NCBI GenBank assembly: GCA_000934665.2
Contig: JYFJ02001230.1
Coordinates: forward strand, 62,001-86,997
DNA: 24,997 nt
Direction: 5' to 3'
Source: Catajapyx aquilonaris
Lineage: Eukaryota
Position numbers and translations under genes: made by a program. The notes under the pieces are model-generated. The model saw only the letters and a list, made by a program, of their open reading frames with translations. It did no database searches and was not told where the DNA came from. Below, one piece after another: positions 1 through 9,800 of the stretch. The stretch's first letter is position 1. Every line of letters starts with the position of its first letter.

Positions 1-3000
1 CATAAAAACTCGTGCATCCCTTGGAGTCTCCTGGTTAAGGACTTCAAAAGTTGGATCATTTGGGTCCCAGTGACCCCAAATCACATATGACTTTCTTTCT
101 CCAGCTCCAGTTCCCATTGATATCTAAACATTTAGATGAGAAGAGGCGAAGGAATGTCAAAAAATTGAAAAGAGAACTAAATTAGGCATCATATAACTAA
201 CACATATCCATAATAATTACATGAACACAACTTCATCCTACTGAAGCGCTTGTCAACTGCAAGTGCAACTACCTCTGAATGCATCATAAATGCAGTACTT
301 GGAGAGTGCAATATTTTGACCACTCTCCTTGAAGGCACCACAATGTGGTTGCTCAGGGAGCAGTCTCAGTATTTCTTAGGCCCTTGCCACACTAGGGTGC
401 AAAATCAATCCGCGACAGAATTTCCGTCGTGAAGATTCCGCCTAGTGTGGCCAGGCCCTTATACATCCATTTTCTAAATTTAAAATGCGTACATTTTTAA
501 TACCTCCTAACTTCTGCCTAATGTTCAACTCAAATTGCACTCTAATACTACTGTATTCTCCACCACATTTCCAACTTTCTACATAAAAATTTCTGACAAA
601 AATCTGACTCTGACTGAGGAAAAAAGCGACAGAAAATAAACCTACCATTTCAATTAGCTGCATATCGCTGTGCTTGACATTGCGACCAGGGCTGACAAGT
701 AAGCCAAAGCACCTCTCAATGATCAAGTCATGAGTGTTTTCAGACACCTGTTGGACTGTCAGCACCAACTTTTTCTCCAAGCCTGTCCTCAGTTTGAAGC
801 AACTGCGATCTTTTGGTACAGCACTAAAGTTCCCCTGTAAGATGAACCATAACTTATATTAAACTACCACACAATATGAGCAAGCCTTATGTATTCACCT
901 TCCCATCGTCTTCACGTATTTCCAGAACCACTTCAAACATGAATACTTCGGAACTAGGCTGGTTGCCATTCTTCTGCTTCTCTGCCAGTAAGTTCTTTGA
1001 TTGAAGCTTGGCCTCACACTGGAATGCCTTCGCAAAGCACGAAAATACTCTCCCAACCTGCAATAAAGTATACCCTTACAACACTGCCATGACCTTGCCT
1101 TGCCTATACCTACTGCTTCAGGAATGTCGCATCGGAACACATGGCACTGGAAGATGGCTGACTCCTGGGTCTCCCCATGAGAACAGGTAAAAGCAAAGCA
1201 GCCTTCCTCTGTGGAATTGGCTGCTCCCCTCGCAAAAAACAAAATACGGTGGATCTTGAATCTAGTCATTTCTGTCTGGGTTGATGCATCATAGAGGCTG
1301 CAAAAAAGCACATATTAAAATAGCCATTAAGGAGAATCTATTCATATTAAAATTCAGAATTAATATATGCATAACAATAACAATGTAGCCCAAAATGGTT
1401 GGATCTAAATAGTTTATATCATTCTTTTATTTGTGAGATTAGCATTGCACAACTAATGCGTGTTTTCTAAGGCATAATTGCCAAAGCAAATTGGCTGACA
1501 AAACTGGACCTTGATTTGTTTTTAAGTATCCATAAGTGTTGCTTTCCATGTCATGTATTTAAAAACCAAACGCTTTTTTTTGATTGGCAAATAAAAGTGC
1601 AAGTAACATGTAAGTATGGGTTTTAAAAATAGACGCTGCTGTGTGAATATGTGGCACAGAGGTGTACACTCACATTACTGATCCTTCAGAAATGCTTGGA
1701 ATAGAGACAGCAATTTCAATGGCGTGCTCAGATGCCTGCCCAGCAAGCAGAGCTATGTTGCGCTGAATTTCCCCCTCGCTCCTCGGGGCATTTATTGTGG
1801 CTGCTCCCAAGGATCTTACTCTGTGGAAGATGGTGCATTCCTCCTGCATGTCTGGCATTGGTTTCTCTGCATGAATAAAAAGGTGAGGAATCAAGTATCA
1901 GAGTATCATGTCACATGCAATTCAGCAAATATTTGCAGCCCAATGGAGTCATTTTACAAGGGAACAGAGTCCACCTGAGCTTTGCCGTTTCTTCCTCCCA
2001 CTATGGTCCTTCCCACTAGTGTCTTCATTCCGCGACCACCAGTTGTCTCCTCCCCACCCTGAAGATTCTCCTTCCCCAAACCAACCAATCCCTTTGAAAA
2101 ACATTTTACTGCCCTATAATATTCTTCCTTCCATGGGAAGGGACTCACAGATAGAACCGAAGGACCTCAGGTGTCAGGAAAGGATGCATTCAATTTACCA
2201 GGAATATTGCAAATTGTTATAAATATTCTTCTGTGAGTATTGCATGCCCTGGTGGTGAATGATACTGTACCAATATACAGTAGCTGCACCTGATTATATG
2301 TTTACCCATGTTATTCAAGATTACTTAGAAGTAAGAGTGGTATAAACAGTCAAGTAGAGTATAAGCAACAAATTCTCAGTGACATGAAAGAGAACGCCTT
2401 ATATTATGTTGCACAAAGTTGTCCTTCAGAGAGTAAGGGGCCGTCCAGACGGGCCAACCTTAGCCGTGGCTGGCCGCGGCCCTGGCGTCGGCCCCGGCTT
2501 GCGGAGCCACGGCTGGCCACGGTACCCGTTCAGACGGGCACATATTTTAATAACAGCCACCCGCATTTGTAATAGTGGCCGGTAGTCATGGCAGCGACGA
2601 AAAACAAGTGACGCGCAGTATCCGTCGCCGATGCCAAGCAGCGAGCCAACTTCCAGGAAGTCGGCCAACTTGGCCAACTTCTGAGCCGTGGCCTGGCCGT
2701 GGCCGTTGCCGTGTGAACCGTCGCGGCCTCGACCAGCCGCGGCTGGCCGCAGCTAAGGTTGGCCCGTCTGGACGGCCCCTAAGTTGCCAGATGACTTGCT
2801 TCATGTCAATGAGATAGGGGAAAATGTCAATCAAGTTCCCTTCAGTCCAGGCTTGTGTAACTCTTGGAACTCACTCCATGAATACACTAAATCAGTTTCC
2901 CCAAATGGGATCTGGTGCTGCACATAATTTTATCAACATTTAGAAATGTAGAGTATGTCACAAAGTATCACATCATCCTCACCACCTCATTTACAAGTGA

Positions 3001-4507
3001 TAAATTTGTGGTACAAATTTATCATTGGGGTCGTCGGTCATACTTAAATATCACGATAAGCACTATTTCACTTACAAGTTAGTAAGTGTGGAAAACATTT
3101 TTACAATCGGATTATTAAGTGCCATAAGCCTTGAATACATACGCCTGAAACCTTCACCACCTACTGATTAATATTAATTCCACTATGCAGGTACTACCCA
3201 TTTTATGCCATGGATTGGTTACAGCAACAGAGCTGTGTAAAGTAAATCAGCATAAACAAAAATTATAATCTGAGTAAACAGGATAGGTTCCAAAATTTCC
3301 AAAATTTTACCACAAACAGTACTAACATTGCAGTTTTCAAAGCCGAATATGTGAAACATTTCATACGTACAGGCTCAATGGGATGTCGGCTTCTGAGGGT
3401 ACCTTTCCCTCCATTGTCAAAAACTGCAGTACAGTAGTACATTGCAATGGGTACAGTACCGGTAACTCGGGAAACGCAGATACCAATAACACACTATTGC
3501 AGGGGTCCAATCTTAAATTTTTTGTCCAGATGGAGTGCAAATTATTTACTTGGGAAGGTTAATTTTTAATTACTGGGTTTAGCTGTATTAAAACGCAGGA
3601 CCAACTGGAGTGCAAAGTTTGCGTTCCAAGGCTCAGTTTGGAGTGCAAATTGCACCTTCTCATCCGAATATTTCGACCCTTGCTACTGCAAATATTTGTA
3701 TATAAGCATCCCGTCACAGTGCATTACAAAATCAAAAAATAAGGGCCTATCTTGCAGTATGTTTGGACTCACAAGTGTTGCATTGATGTGTTTTTGCTTA
3801 TGTTGTTTTGTTATTTTCAAATGTTAAAAAATTATCAGATTAATTTTTTTTCAAAGGTCATTTAAAAACAGGCGTTAATGTGAAATGTCATAGAACAAAG
3901 CAGCGTAAAACGGATAGTACCTGTACACTAGTTCTATCTCACAGGGCATGGTTCTAATATTAACCTTTACTACTTTTTTTTCTTCCTCCAAATAATTGAT
4001 CTCTCCTGCACGACATTGTGGCTTACCTCCTCTGTTGCCTTCCATCATAGTCTCAGCCCCCTTTTCATCCTTGGTGCCAAATTGCTCTGCAAACTGTTGG
4101 GCAATAGAATCTCCGGCTTCAGGTGGGGGAGTCATGAGTGGGTGATGCTGAATAGTTCCATTTTCATTGTCCACCACAGTGGTGCTGGTGACTCTCCTCC
4201 CAACCTTTCTCTCTTCCTTCATCTCTATTGGTGGATCTTTCTCAAGTGGAGAACAAATTGTTGTTCCTGTAGCAGCAGCAGCAGCAGCAGCAGTGACAGT
4301 AGTGGAAGCATCCATCTTGCTGTTGTCTGTTGATTTATCCTCAGCCAGAACCTCCTTTAGGCTGTTCTCCAAGTCCTCCAGGTTGCCGTTGTTGGCTATC
4401 CTCAAGCGTGGCTCCTTCACCTCAAACACATTCCTCTCACTCACTATCTCGTATTCGTCACTTGTAGCTGCAGAATCGTCTGATTTCACCCCAGGGCTAC
4501 TTTCCAT
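1..4507 (-). CDS. RABGAP1: Rab GTPase-activating protein 1 (RABGAP1/RABGAP1L, GAPCenA-like), 5' part; continues beyond left edge
   Basis: Coding exons (minus): 4507-4027 (MESSPGVKSDDSAATSDEYEIV...), 1866-1674, 1297-1114, 1057-899, 834-646, 123-<1. All GT-AG with consistent phases (1,2,0,0,0). PTB domain (LGAATINAPRSEGE; FKIHRILFFARG; CFAFTCSHG; FQCHVFRC), then SAVPKDRSCFKLR...IERCFGLLVSPGRNVKHSDMQLIEM and WDPNDPTFEVLNQETPRD, as in the RABGAP1 family. The TBC domain lies outside the window. Confidence 0.93.
379..458. mobile_element. 80-bp PIF/Harbinger-like micro-MITE in RABGAP1 intron
   Basis: 18-bp TIRs GGCCCTTGCCACACTAGG / CCTAGTGTGGCCAGGCCC (2 mismatches), with TTA on both sides (376-378, 459-461). 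Confidence 0.75.
1975..2104 (-). CDS. Candidate alternative first coding exon of RABGAP1
   Basis: ATG in AAAATG context, 43 open codons (MFFKGIGWFGEGESSGWGGDNWWSRNEDTSGKDHSGRKKRQSS) plus 1 nt, then CAG|GTGGAC donor. Phase 1 matches the acceptor at 1866 across a 108-nt intron. Confidence 0.4.
2437..2779. mobile_element. PIF/Harbinger (Tourist-like) MITE, 343 bp, GC-rich
   Basis: Perfect 28-bp TIR GGGGCCGTCCAGACGGGCCAACCTTAGC, TAA target duplication (2434-2436, 2780-2782), subterminal GCGGCTGGCC-like repeats. Confidence 0.92.
3500..3682. mobile_element. hAT-like MITE, 183 bp
   Basis: Imperfect TIRs CAGGGGTCCAATCTT / AATATTTCGACCCTTG; three internal TGGAGTGCAAA repeats; flanks CTATTG / CTACTG. 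Confidence 0.6.
4272..4292. repeat. (GCA)7 trinucleotide repeat encoding poly-Ala in the RABGAP1 N-terminus
   Basis: Seen directly; reads GCT codons on the minus strand (TVTAAAAAAATGT). Confidence 0.9.
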
Positions 4508-4925
4508 GATCTGAGGAGGAAAAGTGAAGCACAAGATGTCGAATAATCCTGACAAATGTTTTGTATTTAAGTATTTGCACCTAACTGACAGCTGATTCAA
4601 TTGCATAACATCTTTTTCTTCTTTAACCCATAACCCATAACAAAAGTATAAAACAATCCTTAAACCGAGGTACCAACAATAACCAAATTGTTAAACATTT
4701 AACTTCACACATTGCAGCCAGCACCGAATACAACAGCTCCTGGCCAAAACCTGACTACTACACACCAAACCTGCTCTACTGAAGAGAGACCTATTGAAGA
4801 GTATGTCTTTGTGTCTAGGAGAAGGCAGCTGGCATCAAGGGAAGGCCACCTGGAGGGCTAGCTCCCGGACATCTTTCTGAAATAGTAGGTTATCCTCCTG
4901 GCTCCCTTCTCCTTGGCAATTATTA

Positions 4926-5077
4926 AGGTGCGTTTACATGTGAGTGATTTGACAAGCGAAATCTTCGCCAAGGCAGAGTAACTCGAGTAACCAATATTGT
5001 TTGAGGCGAAAATCTATTGTTATTTTCAGCCTCGGTGAAGATTTCACTCCTCAAATCGCACACATGTAAACACACAT
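4926..5077. mobile_element. PIF/Harbinger-like MITE, 152 bp
   Basis: ~43-bp imperfect TIRs AGGTGCGTTTACATGTGAGTGATTTGA... / ...TCAAATCGCACACATGTAAACACACAT, with TTA on both sides (4923-4925, 5078-5080). Confidence 0.8.
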
Positions 5078-5156
5078 TTACTCTACTAACCATTCCTTCA
5101 GACCAACAAGATTTTTGAACAATACTGTTTTTAAAATTCAATTATGTTAATAACAA

Positions 5157-5735
5157 GCTGGCATGGTGGTGTAGTGGCAAGCCCCACAGTCTTCAGCCTC
5201 TGAGGTCCCATACTCAATCTCCAGGTTGATCAGAGGATACTTATGTGGATAGTTTCAATTGGTTTTCTCAGGCCTCCCCCATTTCCTTCCACATCCAAAA
5301 GCAATAGTTACACAGGCAAATTATTAAAGCTGGTCATTGAAATGATGATACCCTATAACAGTGCTTCCCAATCTTTTTTATTGGCGACTCCAAGAAATCG
5401 ACTCGTAAAATTCGCGACCTTCCAGATGTGCACATTTTGATCCCCCAACATGTAAATACAGGTAAACAGTGAAATGAAAATCATTGATAAATATTGTCTA
5501 GTACCGGTATCTTAACTGTTCTGTAATTTACCTTATGAGCATAATTTTCAAGAGAGCTAAAAGCATTTTGTGAAAATAAATTTTGTTACCCTCCATCGTG
5601 ACCCCAAACATTACGTTTGTGACCCCATTTGGGGTCACGACCCACAGTTTGGGAAGCACCAACCTAAAAAGTCCCAAGGAGGCCTATCACTATCATTATC
5701 ATCATCATCGTTGTTGTTGTTATTTATTATTATTA
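5157..5735 (+). mobile_element. tRNA-derived V-domain-like SINE, copy 1, interrupted by a hAT MITE
   Basis: Head GCATGGTGGTGTAGTGG (A box), CAGAGGATACTTATGTGGATAG and tail GATGATACCCTA...CCCAAGGAGGCCTATC plus ATC/ATT repeats align with the copies at 22780 and 23087-23395. Confidence 0.8.
5359..5661. mobile_element. hAT Charlie/Buster-like MITE inserted into the SINE tail
   Basis: Ends CAGTGCTTCCCAA / GGGGTCACGACCCACAGTTTGGGAAGCACCA. Degenerate 8-bp TSD CCCTATAA / ACCTAAAA (NNNTANNN); the uninterrupted SINE has CCCTAAGA once at this point. Confidence 0.8.
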
Positions 5736-6201
5736 TGACAGCTACCAACAATAATTCAGCTCCACTTAGGTTGGATGATCATCAATCATGATGCAAAGTA
5801 CGGTTTCTCACACAAAATATTCATCCACAGCTTTCCAGCCAACCCTTTGCCACCAGACGGGCACTGTAAAGGGAGTGTCATTGCGACCTCATAATTACCA
5901 TCCAGCGTGGCCCCTGTAGAAAACCCCTTCTGCTCCAGCTCTAAGTGAAGATGCGTGTCCAGAGTGGTCAGTCCAGTGCCATCACATCATGAGACCTGCA
6001 CAAGAGAGGAAGCAAATGTCAAGGCACATCTGGGCAGTCAACACAAGACGCACGATACGCCCACACGAGAAAGAGTAGGTGTCAATAGGAAATGCAATGC
6101 AGGCCTAGTCCAGAACTTGTCTTCTGCCCTCTCCCGCCCTGTGCCCTTCGACGGGCATCGGGCACTCCATGGCAGACCCCTTTGGCCGCCTCGTGACTTA
6201 C

Positions 6202-6285
6202 GTGGGCAGAGGCTGAGGTGCACTTGATGGGGGCGGGACTCGGCACCTCCCGCCGATCATCTCTCGTCTGCAACACCACCAACAT
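6202..6285 (-). other. Probable upstream exon of RABGAP1 (5' UTR or 28-codon N-terminal extension)
   Basis: GC-rich segment ending in a strong donor CAC|GTAAGT. The conserved ATG (4507) lies 3 nt after an acceptor (TCCTCAG|ATC ATG). The ATG at 6285 gives MLVVLQTRDDRREVPSPAPIKCTSASAH in frame with it. Confidence 0.6.
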
Positions 6286-6289
6286 CCAT

Positions 6290-6887
6290 CTTTCTTTTTT
6301 TTTCCTAATTCTTTTTTTTATTTTATTCTGTCGCTCTCATAACCAGTGCCAACAGGTGACATTTCTGCAGACCCCCCACAGCCTGGACTTGTCCTCAATT
6401 TGATTTCCCCGTTGCCTGGTCCATGTTTGGTGCATTAATTGCCGACTCGTGTCTAGCATTATGTGGGCATGGCTTGGAGGTGCTCATATTATTGATTGGC
6501 CTTCAGAATCACGGTGTTGGCTACATTGACAGAACGTCATCCTTTTCCCGGTTCTCTCCGCGATTTCTTGCAGAATCTCCGTGGTTAATGTGCCACCGTG
6601 TGATACAAACTCAGATGCTTAGCTGATTCTAATGTAAAATGCAATAATAGGGCGTAAAGTTTGAGAGAAGCAAGGAGACTGCTGTGAGTATCCGAATATC
6701 CGTAACCATTTCGCGCCCTACACTTGCCCATTCTTAGTGCCCTTCGGTTTCCCGCAGTGTTGCTTTCGGATGCAGCCACTGCCCTCGCCTCCGGTAGTAG
6801 TCCGTGGGTCTCGGATGGTTCTCTCTGTGGTCCTCTCCATCAGGGTCTTCTTCTCAGACAGAGGACATCCTTTGAATGCGTTCCAGT
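6290..6887. promoter_or_regulatory. Putative bidirectional promoter region RABGAP1/ZGPAT
   Basis: About 600 bp between divergent first exons, CpG-containing, no recognisable TE; start sites not located. Confidence 0.55.
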
Positions 6888-9800
6888 ATGAATGACCCAG
6901 ACGCTCTCCAGGAGTCGATATTGCAGTATGAGATCCAGGCAAGTCCATATACCATACTTCTCGCCTGGAAAATATAGCTTGTTATTACAAGTTGTATTTT
7001 CCTGCGAGACGTATCCAGACTTACAAAATATTAAATCACCTTTGCAACAACTACACATCCGAGTATGATGTGAAATTAGAGGTTGCTCACTTTTGCTCTG
7101 CACCACAGCTCGCACAGGTTCAGGCATCTCTGAATGGGGCAAGTGCAGGGGACAGAGCAGAGTTGGAAAAGCTTTGTGGAGACATACAAGAGCTGATCTT
7201 GCTGACGAAGGAGAGCTTGAAGGCAGCACAGCAGAAGGATGAATGCTTGAGAAATGGGTCGACCCTAGGAAATTCTGCCACTGACAGCATCGATGATGAA
7301 TATGCATTGTTTCAGGTATGTTGAAGGCCATGGTGTATGTCCACTGTGCTATTTATAAACAATGTCACGTTAAGATAATCTTGGCATCCTCACATAAACC
7401 AAGTTAGCATGAAATGCCACCTGATTTCAGATTGCCATACTTGAGCAAAATCTGAAATCAGAAAATTATTCTGAATTAACATATTCGCAAGAATTACTTA
7501 ACTGACCTCATATTCAAAATACCAGGCAGAAATTGCTACGCTTGATGACACAAAGTCTGAGGATACCCAAGAAAATGGCTGCTCAAGTACTAATGTTGGA
7601 GCAGTTCAGGTAAGTTCCGCAAGCAAAATTAAGACTCCTTCTACCATGGTTTTACCATTGACACTCCCTATTCCAGAGTGAATTAGAAGCATTGGAGGGC
7701 ATGAAGTGCCAGGCACCACATTCTCAGGAATGGGGACAACTAGGTTATCACAATGCCATTGTATTAGGTGTGGAACCAGTTGAAGAGAAGACCTCCTTTG
7801 AAGATATCAAGGTAGAAGGAAACTTGATGTGAAGCCCACCCCATTTTGAAACATATTATTCCTTTAGGTTCGAGTTGTGTTCTGCAACCCAACACAGAAG
7901 AATATGCTTCCTTGCCCTTATTTTATGGATGGGCATTGTCGCTACGAGGAAAATGAGTGTCATTATTCCCATGGAGAAGTGGTGTCATTGTCTGAACTCA
8001 GGGAATACAAGTAAGGATTATTTTATTTTCAAAGTTGGGCGATTTGATCGGAAATGTCATCGCCGAGCCATGAAATCCTAATGAAATGATTTGGGCCGAA
8101 AGTAGCAATTGCGTTTAAGAAGGGAAGGCATCGGCGATGACATCTCTCAGATCTGTCTTAAATGCATAGATGATGGCAATGACATCGCCATGGCATGCCA
8201 ACGGTGCAGTAACCATGGATACCCTGCATGCCAGGTGTCCAGGGTTACTGTACTGTTGCCATGCATGTCACTGTCTTTTAAACACACAGGCGATGTACAG
8301 TGCTGGACATATTAGCCGTCGCTGAATGTTTTTTTCCGGCGGTGGCGGCGGCGGCGTTACCTGGCAACCCTGTCCGGCGGGCCAATTCAAACATCAGCCC
8401 ATGGAGAGCGCTTCCATTGTTGCCACTGTTTACAAATCGAGTGAGTGACGTGGACGACCCAGCGACGGGTCTCTTCTGCCTGCGCACTCACTCACTCTAT
8501 TTGTAAAGAGTGGCAACAATGGAAGCGCTCTCCATGGGCTGATGTTTGAATTGGCCCGCCGGACAGGGTTGCCAGGTAACGCAGCGCCGCCGCCGACGGA
8601 AAAAAAGCATTCAGCGACGGCTAATTTGTCCAGCACTGCATTAGTGTTATCGCTTGCATCATGACGTCGGAACCGCTACAGCTCACAGGCGATGACATTG
8701 CCAATCAAATCTCCCACATGTAAACACAGCTTTATTCATCGGTTCAATGTGTTCTTTTGCCACCACTGTTACTGGAACTGGCAGAACTCCACCACTGATG
8801 TCAAGTACTGTACAAGTAATTCAGATGCTTCCTATACTAGAGACAAGATAACTCATGCGTTTTGGGCGTTGCTTGTGTCCTTGGCAACCATCATTAGCCC
8901 CGCCCCCTGCTGAGTTTTTTGTAGGGAATTTAGAGCGATTGGTGGGGAAATATTTCCCCTCCGCTGGGTTACCAATTGCGTAAGTGTAAACAAACTCATC
9001 TCATGCTTGAGGTTTTAGAACATAACGCCCATCTCCTTTGAAATCAAATCCTGATTGGTCGACCGGTATAAGGGGCAGGGCTAATTATGGTTTTCAAGGA
9101 CACAAGCCACCTCCCAAAACTCATGAGTTATCTTGTCCCTAGTATAGTCATCCAGGTGCCATATGTATAACTAGACTTCCTTCGGTTTGTGAGATGTTGC
9201 CCTTTGCCAAGTCTAACACCAATTTCGAAATGAGTTATGGCAAGCTCTTCACGAGTTTCATATTCAGTTTCCACATCATCTGCTGTTGGTCTTGTCATTT
9301 TAGCCCAGCAAACCACTGTGCACCAAATGGGTGTCAGTCAGAGTTGCATAGTGCTAGGGGGTCTGGGTCACAGACATAATATGCCATCTAGCCATTGTCC
9401 CATTAATCACTGTCACTATTGCACAACGTTGCTCCTCAAAATCAACTGGTACGTGGTGGCCTTTTTTTCTCAATAATTGTGAGGACGTAAGCAGGACACA
9501 TGCACCAGGCTGCCTGGTTGGGGCCATTGAGGATAGAATACAAAATGGAAATCAGCAATAAGGAAATGGGAGAAATATCCTGGAGGAGACCATGCTACTT
9601 CACATACTGAGGCAATGTTAAGGACTAGTGAGAGAAGGTTTTAATTAAAATGGGCAATTTTGATCCTTCATTTTCCAAATGCAATGTATTACATTTTTTT
9701 GAAGGTTACAGACATAGTCTGCCACATGAGTAGATGTATTTAACTATTTGCATAAAAAAACTTTTTTTCAGAACCCCTGCCTTTTCAAATGTGAAGTTGG

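Noticed and set aside
2384..2834. Four overlapping Arg/Pro/Gly-rich ORFs
   Set aside because: By-products of the GC-rich palindromic MITE; no splice or homology support.
4016..4514. Plus-strand ORFs of 105 and 115 aa
   Set aside because: Antisense shadows of the RABGAP1 exon.
8278..8636. Nearly identical peptides on opposite strands suggesting a duplicated gene or sense/antisense pair
   Set aside because: Explained entirely by the fold-back element.
9500..9620. Possible RTE LINE 3' remnant (AIEDRI...WRRP)
   Set aside because: Similarity too weak to support by eye.
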